Source of the DNA: Chlorokybus atmophyticus
Taxonomy: Eukaryota > Plantae > Mesostigma and Chlorokybus algae
Length of the DNA: 64,000 bases
Direction of reading: 5' to 3'
Assembly (NCBI GenBank): GCA_009103225.1
Contig: RHPI01003261.1
Span: forward strand, 228,902-292,901
Shown here: in pieces, positions 41,050 to 53,916 of the stretch
Numbering within the stretch: the first letter of the stretch is position 1
Layout of the letters: every line of letters starts with the position of its first letter
Position numbers and translations under genes: made by a program
Notes under the pieces: model-generated
What the model was told of the DNA's origin: nothing
Databases searched by the model: none
The model's input: the letters and a program-made list of their open reading frames with translations, nothing else

Positions 41050-44000
41050 TCAATCCCCAGGAACGGGCGTCATCTCTTCAGGGCGCGGTAAACGCGTCAA
41101 CCGTAAATAGGCCCTGTTTGTCACGCGCGACAACGCCACATACCACATTCCAGGAGCAAAAGCTTCCTGCATGTGGACAACAGTAGTTGATTGTAGCGTT
41201 GCACCTTGACACTTGTGCACTGTCATTGCATACGCTAGCTGCAAAGGAAACACAGCTTTGTAGTACGTTTTGCCTTGAAACGTTGTTGTTTGCTATATTG
41301 TTCGGCGCATCCACATGGAGTCTGCCAAATGGTCAAATGTAACTTGTATACTGCTCACATTACCTTTGTAGTATCTAAACTGCGTCACTGTTCCCAAAGA
41401 CCCGTTGGCTACTCCATCTTGCAGTGAAACGTTTTCTAAAGCCAACACCTTTGCTCCCTTTGCGACTGAAGGTAATAAGTTGAACTTGGGCTTGTGAATC
41501 CAGTCGTACAGCTCGGGCACGTTCACTGCATTAGAAGTAAGTTGTATTGGCACAATGGTATCGGCTGCAAAACGTTGTCTCACAATCATGCTGTTGAAAG
41601 CCAGTGTGTCTTGTACATGTGAACACAATATGGTTGCATCACTTGGTAACTGTTGTAAGTACTCCGAAGTGACCAGACAGCCACCTAACGCATCTGCTAT
41701 CTCTGTTGAACTAGGTATGCCAGAACGAATCTGAATCAAGAATTGAGCAAACAGAGGGTCTGAAGCATGACGCACTGAAACAGATAGAACATGTTGCCTT
41801 CGTAATGGCCACCTCTGTGATGCAGAAATATGGCATTTGTGGCAAACCTGCGATGTGTCTTGGACTTTGTGTCCACAAACTGCTGGCAGTTGCTTGTGGT
41901 CACCAACCAATACAACGCCGATTGTTTGTAGAAATTCTGGTCCATGAACTTGCTGTAAGCGCAGCATCACCAAGTCAAACAACCGCGATGTCATCATGGA
42001 AAACTCATCAATAATAAATACTCGACAATGATGTAACAGTTTGTAAGCATCATCCATAGCAGTTACAAACCGGAGTTGCTGACCGTTGACAGGTATTGCG
42101 AAGTTGGAATGTACAGTTGAAGCAGATGAGCTGAGCCGCAAAGCCGCAGCGCCAGTTGTAGCACTGAGTAAAACAGGTATCCCAGCAACGCGCAACTTGT
42201 GAGTGATGAATTTGGTCAAAAATGTTTTGCCTGTTTCTGGACAACCAGATATCACATGTAGACCTACCGGTGTTGCAATGATACTACTTGCGGTGCGTTC
42301 TTGCTGGCTGGTCAAAGAGAGATTGTTCGCAAACGCAAACTCCTCAACATTCAATGTACCTTGAAACATCGGCGCCGATACATCTGAGCCCGTTGTCACA
42401 GTTGAAGCTGAAGATGCAGGATTGGATGATGAAGCTGTTGGATACTGCGTGGTAGGTTCTGGTGCAGTTTGACTGTCTGTCGGACCAGCTGCAGCCATAG
42501 ACAAGGCATTAATAGCATTATCAGTGGTCTGCATCATGGCATTCGTCATATGGTGAATCTTAACATCATTGTATAGATGACGTTCAGCATAGCGCGTGAC
42601 ATGTGTCAACAAACTGCGGTTTGTGTTGTTAATGAAACCCCGCAACACACATTCTTTATAGTAAGTGCGTGATTGGTTGTTCAAAGAAATCAAATCAACT
42701 TTAGAGCGAAAAGTAACCCGCTGAAGAAGTAAATTGAAACAAAACCCTTCAATGCTGTGTACAGGATGGTAATCCGTGAATCTAATGATGCGCGGGACAG
42801 CTAACTCATAAACGAATGCATTCAGTCTGTCTCTTAAAGTACGCACAGTGTTATGTGGCACAGTGTCTCCATCTCGGTGCATGTACTGTCGAAAGTAATT
42901 GTACATTGTGACTCTTTCTACCTCGTCAGGCCTGACACAATAACGATGAATGGGATGCACAATCACTGTCCGTGCACGACAGTTCACTATGCGAGAACGA
43001 TTGTTAGGCAAACGCGTGTCAACATATGTTACATTAGACGACATTTGCATGATGGGAATATCCAAACATATCAAAGCAGCTTCAGCTGGAGCAATGGGTT
43101 TGGACAAGTACATTGTGTTCAATATGCGCAATTCGTTAACAGTCAATCCTTGCAAACCGAGTGCATTGGTGTCTAATGCATCATCAACAGTGCCACAAGG
43201 TTCCATGTTTGTTGTGTACTTGACTAAATACTTGCTCCAATGACTGTCAGTGACTTGCAACACATTACAATGAGCACCCCACAACAATAAAAGCACTGGA
43301 TGTGTGGGAACAACATTGCGGTCACAAGTGCGTGGTCTGTAATAATCGTACCTACGCGTTTCTGTGTTGAACTGAGGTCGACGATCTGGTTGTACGGGAT
43401 ACGGAAAACCCTTGTCGCACTTGTTGTCGAATGCTCTGCAGCCACTGCCAACATCAGAACACTTGTGCATTTGCTTGCGTACAACATATTCATAAAGGAC
43501 TCGCAGTTTAGAATCGTTGGTACAATTATTTGCTGATTTGCATGGTCAAAATCTCCGGGGATAAACGCAGTAATTTCACTGCCAACTCGTTTAACATCGT
43601 CGGGATGTAACCACAACATAACATGTGCATGCAAAGATCCACGGTGTTGTGTTTCATACCTGATAACATAGTGCATCACACGTTCAAGGGTATCTTTTTG
43701 CATGATATATTCTTCAAAGAAGGTGCTGAACCGATGATGAAACAAACGTGCGCACTCCACAGGGGCATCGCGCCAACTAAGTTGCGTGGAGACATTGTGG
43801 AGAACATTCTGCAAATCAATGATCTCAGGGAATTTGGTACTGGACACTTCATTTGCAGTCATGGTGACAAAGAGATGAGGCATACCCCAATGCTCAACCA
43901 GACACAGCAGCTCACTCAACTTTTGTCGATGCCAACTCGGAGATCCAATGATGTCACCAGGGACACGAAATTTTACAGCGTTTTTGATGGCATCGTTGAT

Positions 44001-45293
44001 TGTGGCAGTAGGTCGTTGTTTGAGGAACTTTTCAATATTAGCGTCCACAGCAACTTCGCGGCACTTTCTAAATGTGAGAAGTGATTAATAGATTTGGTAC
44101 ATCAACAGCAAATAAGGCTTGTACAATGTGAAAACTGAGAACGATTGTGTAAGACGGAACTTGACATAGTCTGACAGTCTGCTGTACACGTTACCATCAA
44201 AGAACCCACGATCGTGCGGAAACAACATGGGAAACAGAGCAGACTCAACAGTTAAACCAGGAATGTTGTACGCACCACCTGTATCCATGTGTATCAAAAG
44301 AGAAACACAAGGCTCACGCAGCGACATATGTCAAACGCGCAACATGGTGTCCACTGTGACTTCAACTGTGCTGCGCGAAGGAAATGGCAACAAAGTGGTT
44401 AAAACGTATGTGTATGCTGATTCACCAGCAATGTTCAAAGGATTACGATCTTGTGCACGAGACACAATGCTACGAATAGTAGATGAACCGACAGTGGGGA
44501 TGCCGTCAAAACCAAAGGGTTGTTCTGCCAAGGTCTGATATTTCTGAACCAGAGTGTTGGACGATAATAGCTCGCTCAACAACTCCAGCAACAAGATGGC
44601 ATGTTGGTTTTGATGTGTAAACTCATCCCAAGTGATAAACGGACCGTTAATCATATTCAACTGCTGAATTTGGCCCGAAGTGAAACTGTATGAGTTATAC
44701 AAGTCGCAAAGCGCCATGGACGTGTTAACAAGGGACAACATCTGCACTACCATTGGATGTGTCTCCAACAACTTGCGAATGTACACTGCGCTGTGTAATA
44801 CAATGTAACTGGAACGCTCCGACCCGTGACTACATCGATGGCATTGGTAGTAATCACTATCACACTTGGTATAATCGGACATAAAGACATTAGCCAAATC
44901 ATATGGTGCAACGGTGGATACTGATTGTCGATACATTGGACGATAAGTAGCAGCAGCAAAGTAAAACTGTACATGCCCGCACAAAGAACAACATTGCATT
45001 CGCGTGGCAAACTTACATTGTGCATCTTGCCAACAGGAAAGCATATCATCGCAGTCGTCCCACAATTCGCAATGCTGAGACAAATCGCAATGTTGCTCAT
45101 AAGTCATAGCGGATGACGAAACAATACACCTGGAACATATCAACCGCCCTGGCATTTGTCGCCATCCAAAAGAACCATCTCGGCACAGTCCAGCAATGAG
45201 GGCGTGCAAGGGTGCAAATCCACATGCACAATATCTCTGATGTGTAGCAAAATATTGCGATATGATTACATATGCGGCGATATGGTGCAACAT
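41050..45293 (-). pseudogene. Helitron Rep-helicase (HUH Rep + PIF1-family helicase), frameshifted
   Basis: ALFPMLFP; PHLFVTMTAN; HUH YETQHRGSLHAHVMLW; Y2 KYLVKY; Walker A variant SGCPETGKT; IIDEFSMM; LVGDHKQLPAV; [16 protein letters not shown]; YVALSRV. Split over 5 ORFs. Confidence 0.93.
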
Positions 45294-45349
45294 GGTGCCA
45301 TATGATTAGCTAATGCTGTTAAGTGTTTCAAAACTTAATAATCAACGTA

Positions 45350-46320
45350 ACGTTCACGCCACGGTACGTGCTGTGATACTTAGTACAGAATGCCGTGGTT
45401 ACGACCATCAAAATAATGCTAACCTGAATTACCTTAACGTTAAGATTCAATTAAACGAAAAATTGCATCGTTAGGCCACCATTTGGTCACGCATGACATT
45501 GATCAAATGGGATTGAAACGGTGACAACGGCCAGTTGCTCAAAAAGGCAGCGAAATGGCCAACCATTGCAAAGATGCGTAAAAAATGCTAAAAAATATCT
45601 CAGCGGCAACCGCTTACCAACGGCGACCAAAAATTGCTAGGGATTCGGTGCGATTGCGGCACAGTTAATGGTTAAAACGGCCGCGTTTTTGGCGGTACGA
45701 GGTCGGGGCAGGCCCCATACCCTAAAGACATGCCGCCACTACTCAATCGTTCTAACTAATCCACTCTACCCTTTAACGCTAATTGATTACACGCTATAGT
45801 TACTGCGTCATCAAACATGGTCAACAGCCGAATTAATTGGAAATGAGCACAGCATGGTGTACATGTGGCGGCAGATTATTTTATTTGGCCCATATGATAT
45901 GGGCATGTAACGAGGTCATTAAAGTTGTAAAGAAAGTAATTACGTTATGACCTCGTTACGAGCTAAGTAATTGAACGCAGAGGTTACAATCCGTAAAATA
46001 ATGCCAACCCAAATCGCCTCAACGCTAAGGTTTAATTAAACAAAATTTTGCTTAGTTAGGCCACCATTTCGTCAAATGCGAGCATGGTGAAATGGCAGCA
46101 CAACGGTGACAGCCGCCATTGCCCATAAAAGGCACAAAAATGCTAATAGTTGCAAAGATGCTTACAAATATCTCGAAGGCATCTCTGCGGTAACGACATC
46201 TTAAATGACGAGTTCAAGTACGGGAGTTTTAGCGCCGTTTTAAAACGGTTAGCGGGTAAAACGGGCGCGTTTTTTGTGGTACGAGGTCGGGGCATGCCCC
46301 ATACTTTAAACACATGCCGC
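45350..46320. repeat. Two diverged ~370-bp units, each ending in GGTACGAGGTC + GGGGCA(T/G)GCCCC palindrome
   Basis: TTAGGCCACCATTT, AACGGTGACA and GGTACGAGGTCGGGGCA.GCCCCATAC recur ~590 bp apart. Hairpin GTAACGAGGTCAT...ATGACCTCGTTAC at ~45907-45958. Confidence 0.75.
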
Positions 46321-47780
46321 CTTAAGTAACAAGCATGCAACAGTCACACACTCTATGTAAGTCGGTCTTATAGAAAGACAGATAGAAAAGCAGAGCAGGC
46401 TATATGACAGGCAATTGGATACAATATAAAGGCAAAGCTTGGATGTTGAGATGATCAGCATTACGAGAGTCTCTGCTCCAAGTTGTGTGCTGTGCATGCC
46501 CGCTTACCTTCAACCCCGTTTTATCGGTGGAGATGCGGGGCACAAGCGAGCAGCACTCCAGCGATGGCAAGAGGATAGGACGGACGCTTCATACGCACAG
46601 ACGCCGGCCTGCAGCAACACCCACACGGATTGACGTTCGGGGACCATGTATGGTCCTTCTCCACGAATCCCGCGGGCCATACATGGTCCGTGCCCCGAGG
46701 ACCACGAGTGCCTGGTCCCCGGGGGACGGACCGTCCATGGTTCTTTCGGGGCCCCGACATCTGGCGCGCAGTCGCGCACCATACATGGTCCGCGGCCGGA
46801 CCAGGTGATATACCGGTCCGATATGCCGTGAAAGTCCAGACCATGAATGGTTCGCAGCCGGACCAGGCATTTTCCCGGTCCGACTGTCAATGGGTCTACG
46901 GACCATGCATGGTCCGGACTACATCAATGCTTGACCATATATGTTCCGGTAGATAACATCAAAGTGGCTGGTCCGAACCGGAATCATTGGGCGGACCATT
47001 GCTGGTGCACGCTGAGCTTATCGGTCACTTTGGACAAGCAGTACGCACCGTGCATGGTCTGCGGCTCATAAAAGCTCATACAGGTCCACATTTTCGTAAG
47101 ATTGCGGACCATTCATGGTCTTTAACCCAACCAGGCTCTTCCTAATCCGATTATCCGCGGGTAGGGACCATGCACGGTCGGTACCCCATGATTGCTGAAC
47201 CATGCATGGTTCGAGGTTGGTCCTCACGTAAATGATTCCGGTTCGGCATATTATGTAATTACATGGAGTGAAGACTGGGCAGTCGCACCATGCATGGGCC
47301 ACCACTGGCCACTACCGGCGCGACGGATGAAAAAAGAATGACCTGCAAATTATGGCAGCGGAGGATGTGCTCATTGATCCCGTTACTGCATGCATTCGGA
47401 CAAGTGAATGCGTTGACAGGGCCAACCAGCACATCCCTCCCACTGCCATAAGATAGAGTGTTGGGTATGTTCTCGTATATGATACACGTCATAGCTGAGA
47501 TTGCGCGAACGCTGGGATTCAAGACGTAGGCCAGCCTCTCATCTGATCGTCGATTCAAGCGTATCGAACGGTCGGCATATTTAGTAATTACATGGAGTGA
47601 AGACTTGACAGTCGCACCGTGCATGGTGCGACTGTCGAGTCACGTGCATGGGCCAACAATAGGGTTCCTACCTACATGGTCTGCGTAATAGGGTTGCGCT
47701 CAGAGAGGGAGCGGCGGCGCTCTAGTTGGTGGCGGCGGCCTCGTTAGCGGTGTCTTTGCTGGCAGAATCTAGCTGTACCA

Positions 47781-50700
47781 ATGGCCAGTAAAAAGGCTGT
47801 CCGCTTCGCCAAGGACATTAGTACTAAGCTGGGAATCAACTTGCAACCAGCCAGTAAGAGAAACACCTTTCGTAGGAACAACCGCCTTCGCAGCCAACAG
47901 AGTTCCCTACCCTTACCGGAGCAGGCTGATGTCGTCCAGCACCATGTGGTTGATGACCAGCCCATTGAGGCTGTCAACCCTCAGCCCGCCCATGAAGATC
48001 CGGCCATGCTCGGGCAGCATAGCGACATCAGCCAGCAGCATGAGCAGTAAGTTGACCACGCTGTTGTACCTGGCGTACTGCTCTTCATTGAGTATACATG
48101 ACAGTATGCATGCCACTAACAATAGGAATGCTATACATAAACAGCCTTCACCATGCTAAGAGACTGTCGATCAACTTAGTGCACTTGCTGCCTTACTGTG
48201 ATCTCCACTGTCAGCCGATGGTGCCATTGCATGTGGTGTGTCACTGACTGCAAGATTGCTTCAGGCATCCCGTGCTTGGACAGCCAACTGTTGATTTGGC
48301 CGGCACCAGCAATGAAGCAGCAGCTACACTTCACGAAAGGGAACAGTTAGGTGGACAGCCGACTTTCGATGTTGCCAGCACCAGCAGTGCCGCGACAGCT
48401 CCACTTCAACATCAGGCTGATCCACAGCCGACTGTCAACATGCCCAGCTCCAGCAGCGCCGCAACTGCTCCACTTCAGCATCAGTCGGATCGACAGCCGA
48501 CTGTTGACATGCCAATTGAAGACATGTTTCAGCCTCTTGGTAGCGATGATGATGATCCAGAACAGCAAGAAGTGTCCTACACAATTTGCTCTTGCCCGAG
48601 GTGTCGTGGCAAGGTGAGCAATCAACTTGCGTTGCGCGCACAGTTGTCGTACTGTAGCTGCCCATGTCTGGGAATGCTGCATGCCTGCGACTGTCCGTAG
48701 CCCACTGCACCATGCGCGCACTTTCAGCATTGCCATCCATGCTACCTACATTGACAGTCGTATGTTGCGATTGGGCAGTGGGTTGAGTTGGAGACTTCGT
48801 TGGCTCACATGCGACTGGACGAGGCAGCGCAAGAAAGTATGCACCCACCGCCAATGCCTTCAGCGCAATGTGATGCACCTCAACCCGGCATTTCTCGTCA
48901 ACAACAATCCTCGGAAACACCCACGCAAAAAATGCTGGACAAGTTCATGTCGTTGCTGACAGACTTGGAGGACTCTCATGCACAGCAATCACTGATCAAC
49001 AACGTGCTGAAAACTGTTTTTGGTGCCGAAGACTCCATTGTACAGCTGGCCAAGGATCTCGCCTACGACCACAGTCAGCTCCGTAACGATCTCCATGCCT
49101 TGCTCGGCCAGCGCAACCCCTCCGAGCCGGCTGACATCACGGCCGTCGATGCATTGCTGACTTCCATCGAAATGCCAGAGTCACAGAGATATACAGCATG
49201 CACACGATGCAATTATCTCTTTTTTGATGCCTATCCATCAGGCTACGGTGACTGCGAGGACAGCTGCCAAGACGACAGTCGCCACAAGATTCTGAAATGC
49301 TTGTAGGAACAGCCGTGCGGAGGCGAATGCGGGCGCATGCGCAAGGAGTGTATAGATTTTCTGTACACGCCCATTGGTTCAAGACTCGGTCCGTGGCTGC
49401 AAGTTCCTTTGATCGCATATGACAACCTTGCTGCTTGGCGAGACAAAGACACCTGGTTTAACGTGCCAGCAAACCATCCCCCAGCTCCTCAATGGGAAGC
49501 TTGGCATGGCAGCAAGTAGAGAGAACTGACTGTTTTGGGGGACTGCACGAAGACCATCCCTCTGCCAAACAAATGCGACTGTGGACGCTACAATTATGAC
49601 ATTGACATGTCGCAGCACAGGGATGGTTATCAGAAATGGCATTGCGAATGCTCCTATGAGAATGAATGTTGACATACACACGTGCAAGTGACACGCCAAC
49701 AACATCAACACAAGAGCATGACTGCTACTGCCGCCATAGCAACCGCACACATGCTACATCGTGACCTCTTTTTTTTCATTGCAACAAGTCTGGGCTTTAT
49801 ACCCCGCCAGTCTCTACACACGTCTACATTGGCAAGCACCGCGTGCGCTATACTCAGCCGATTGCTGTTCAGTAAGCTACGCTGTCTAGCTCACAACCAG
49901 AGCTTTCCAACAAGCTAAGCCACGTCTGCTAAGCTTACGTATCCACGAAGCTACACGATTGCTCCCAAGGCTCTACCAAGCAGCTTGGTCCGGAGTCCGT
50001 CATGACTCGACCGTCTTGCTAAGTCTGGAGTCCACGCGCTTCTTCCTGGTACCTTCGACCCTCGACTCCTGTATGAAGGGCAAGCTGACCGGATACAAGC
50101 ATCACCCATGTAATACCTTCAACAATGAAGAGGTTGCGCAGCAGTGTACTGGAGACCCACGCAACATTGGGCTCATGCTGCACAGTGATGGTTTCAGCTG
50201 CGCATCCACTACAAAGCGGAGCACCCTTGTCATCAACGTCGTTGTGCTCAATGGAGGCAAGCGCGTCAGCTCACAGGCGTCTTCCATCATGCCAGTAGTA
50301 TTTGTCCCAGTTGACGAGCTACTCGACGCGGACAAGGACTGTCTGAACCCGTTCATGAAGCCCATGGTGGATGAGTTGGAGGATTTGTACGCCATGGGCT
50401 TCCCCACGCACTACGGTTTGGACTCCAGCCAGGTGGACATCAAGCTCCCTCATTGATTGGCTGGTACGCTCGCATGCATCTGTTTAGCAGTGCCATGCGC
50501 ACGCAGCTGTTCTTGCGACTGTCATATGTATGGAATGCATTGTTGTGCTTGTTTAAGTTCAGGACTGTCTTTGCGCTGTCAACTGCGACTGTCAATCATA
50601 TGCACTCCACTGCTATGCTTGTATGAGTTCGCTTGAGCAAGGCTGTCCATGCGACTGTCAAGTCAGTGTGTCAAGTCTGTGTGTTGCTTCATTGGCTTAC

Positions 50701-51924
50701 ACATGCAGTTTGTGCGCCTGCCCATGTCCGACAGTCCATTCTAGGTCCCATGTCCGACAGTCCAAATCGACAGTCGCGGTTGTGTCCCGTGCATAGTCGC
50801 GTACGCGCGCTGCTGCGCACGAAGCAATGAGTCCTGATGCCTCCAATGGTTTGCAGGTGATAAGATTTTCCTGAGAGCCATGGTCATGAACATTGCCGGT
50901 GACAATCCAGCCCAAAGCGAGATGGGGCAATTCAAGAATGGCGGCTTATGCGGTTGCAGGGCTTGTTGCCTGCTGGCAACTCATATCCGGCACTCTACTG
51001 TCACCAAAAAAGTCACTCAAGATCCCAGCACTGGCAACGATGTTGTTGAAGAAACTCGGAGCAACAGGACCGACTTCCACTATGCTAGCAGCCGCTACCA
51101 CAGTCGCCATCCATTTGCCAAAAGAACTGCAGAGGCCACATACCAGCTGGCCGATGAAGTTGAAAGCACAGAAGATCCTAATCGCAAGAAAGAAAAGGCC
51201 AAGAAGTATGGCGTCAACGGGCTGTCGCCTTTGTGGAGGCTTTGGCAGATGTACAAGTTTGACCCATGTCAGGACATGGTCTTTGATATCATGCACACGC
51301 TAGCCGAAGGACTGGCCAAGAGCTTGACAGCCTGCACTCTGATGGATGGTGGGGACGAGCAGGTCAGCAAGGCTGACATCGACAGTCGGCTGTCCGTGAT
51401 GAGAAATGCAAGACCAAGAGAGGTGAAGAATGGTAATTGCTGGCCACACGACCTCAGCAGTCGCCTTGGATGGTGGAAGGCGCAGGAGCACCAGTTCTTC
51501 GTGCAATTTGGTGTGCACTATGTTTTTCACAAGCTGCTCAGCGAAAAAAGGAGAGATCTTGTCATGTGTCTCCACATGATCTTCCGCTTATTCTTTGACA
51601 TCTCACGGCGCTTTGGTTGGGATTCCGACCGCCTGGAGCTCGCAGATGCATTGCTCAGGTACTGGAAGGTCAACAGCGAGATCTGCTTTGGCACCAATAA
51701 AAAGATTTTAGAGCATATTGCGGGAACTTGCCACCTGCTTGACAACATCCGTAGACACGGCAGCCATGACGTGTTTTGGTGCTACGCCGCTGAGCGCGCT
51801 GTGAAGCTGTATGTCAACACCCCGTCCAACTGCAAGGATTACGAGATCAGCTTTATGAAACGTTCTGTCAGGAGATGGTTTGTGCGACTATTTGGCGTCA
51901 TGCGTGACGATCAGCGTTCAGGCC
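47781..51924 (+). pseudogene. CACTA-type (Tnp2/Transposase_21-like) transposase, spliced, interrupted by a solo LTR and a copia remnant
   Basis: YTACTRCNYLF; DPRNIGLMLHSDGF; LNPFMKPMVDELEDLY; IAGDNPA..G..GCRAC; FDIMHTLAEG; WKAQEH; HLLDNIRRHG...WCYAAER. In-frame TAGs end at 49306 and 49519. Confidence 0.85.
49667..50124 (-). mobile_element. copia-family solo LTR (458 bp)
   Basis: TGTTGA...TCAACA termini; perfect 5-bp TSD ATGAA (49662-49666 and 50125-50129); near-identical to LTRs at 51925 and 53513. Confidence 0.93.
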
Positions 51925-53916
51925 TGTTGACATACACACGTGCAAGTGACACCCCAACAACATCAACAGATTTTAGAGCATGACTGCTATTGCCATAGCA
52001 TCCGCACACATGCTACATCGTGACCTCTTATCTTCATTGCAACAAGTCTGGGCTTTATACCCCGCCAGTCTCTACACACGTCTACATTAGCAAGCACCGC
52101 GTGCGCTATACTCAGCCGATTGCTGTTTTGTAAGCTACGCTGTCTAGCTCACAACTAGAGCTTTTCAACAAGCTAAGCCACGCCTGTTAAGCTTACGTAT
52201 CCACAAAGCTACGCGATTTCTTCCAAGGCTCTACCAAGCATCTGGTCCGGAGTCCGTCCTGGCTCGACCATCTTGCTAAGTCCGGAGTCCACGTGCTCAG
52301 CCCATACCTTGGACTCTCGACTCTTGTGTAGAGGGCAAGCTGACCGGATGCAAGCATCACTCATGTGATACCTTCAACACTCCCACGCGGGCAGCTTGTC
52401 CTTCAACATCAGCTTCTCCATTACTCACGCACACCGCTTGCTCTCACGCAAGCCTTCACCTTTTTTCTCACGTCTCCATGCTTCTCATGGATGACCTTGA
52501 AGTCGTTCACTTCCACAGCAACTCGAGCCTCATGGTTGACCACCAACCTTGCTCCTTGCTGTACATACATGTTGCCTTCATGCACCCGCTGCATCTGTCC
52601 TCGTTAACAGTGCCTCCGCCGCTGGTATCAGCCCATGACTCCTCTAGTCAACTTGCTTTCCACCACTTGCAGCTCCCACGGGCTCCGCAATCGCAACCTA
52701 CTTGTGCCTCCTTGTTACTCATGACCTTGTGGTATCTTGCAACTCCATCCTCAACCACCCTTTTCAATGTAGCAACCTTGCGCACACCATGGCCATCTTC
52801 ATGTCCACGTCCACATGCTTCTGCGTATAGCCTCCAAGCTTCACGCCTCCAGGATGCTCCATGTCCAGCTTCCAAGCGATCACGCTTCCAGGATGCTCAT
52901 CTCGCTTCCTCGCATGCACCTTCAGCCAAGCACTCCACATGCTTCAACCAAAGTACCAAGCACTTTACCGTGCTTCACCGAGGACTGCCCTCGCTCCCCT
53001 TCTCGGAAGGTCCATCAAACACTTCACCGTGCTCGACCTCCAGGGTTGCCATCTGCTCCCCTTCCTTCCACCAAGCACATCAACGTGCTTACCACGGGTT
53101 GCCTCTCGCATTCCTCAGAGCGCTTCACCACGCTCCACCAAGTACTCCTCGCACTCAGCAACACGAGCTGACATCTTCAGCTCCCACGTATCAAGGACGC
53201 CTCCTCTACCAAGTACTTCACGTACTCTTCTTCAGTCATCAGAAGATCTCCATCATCTCCTCCTCTTGGTCCATGTACTTCCGCATCTCCTTGTGGGCCA
53301 GTAGTAGCTCCATCTTCACACTCCAAGTGTTGTAGTCGTCAACGTCCAGTAGTCCAATCGCGATCTTCAAGCCGTCCATGCTAGTGGTCTTGGTTGGTTG
53401 CCCTTTCTGCTCACAGACCTCACAACCCCACACTACCACAAAGCAACCACAACTACACATACAATTGTAACACACTCCATCAACCTACACAAGCATGTGT
53501 GGGCCCATCACCTGTTGACATACACACGTGCAAGTGACACGCCAACAACATCAACACAAGAGCATGACTGCTACTGCCGCCATAGCATCCGCACACATGC
53601 TACATCGTGACCTCTTATCTTCATTGCAACAAGTCTGGGCTTTATACCCCGCCAGTCTCTACACACGTCTACAATGGCAAGCACCGCGTGCGCTATACTT
53701 AGCCGATTGCTGTTCTGTAAGCTACGCTGTCTAGCTCACAACCAGAGCTTTCCAACAAGCTAAGCCACGCCTGCTAAGCTTACGTTACCACGAAGCTACG
53801 CGGTTTCTCCCAACGCTCTACTCAGCATCTGGTCCGGAGTCCGTCCTGGCTCGACCATCTTGCTAAGTCTGGAGTCCACGCGCTTCTTCCTGGTACCTTC
53901 GACCCTCGACTCCTGT
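51925..53916 (-). mobile_element. Internally deleted Ty1/copia LTR retrotransposon (3' LTR 51925-52379; truncated 5' LTR 53513-53916)
   Basis: PBS GGTGATGGGCCC abuts the 5' LTR (53501-53512). Gag start MDGLKIAIGLLDVDDYNTWSVKMELLL (ATG 53379). Short purine tract before the 3' LTR. Only ~1.1 kb of internal sequence remains. Confidence 0.85.

Larger units (their letters stand above)
35800..46310 (-). mobile_element. Helitron-like element (probably Helitron2/Helentron group) with cargo genes; boundaries uncertain
   Basis: Rep-helicase gene; shared CATATG/GCAACAT-rich spacers at 35860-36310, 38620-38790, 40720-41030 and 45240-45310; subTIR+palindrome candidate end at ~46277-46300. The left end was not found. 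Confidence 0.5.

Noticed and set aside
41293-43470. Host PIF1 helicase gene
   Set aside because: Fused to the HUH Rep/Y2 domain and frameshifted, so it is the Helitron Rep-helicase.
46640-47400. CRISPR-like array from the regularly recurring GGACCATG palindromes
   Set aside because: Eukaryotic context, repeats too short and variable, irregular spacing, no cas genes. Better explained as CACTA subterminal repeats.
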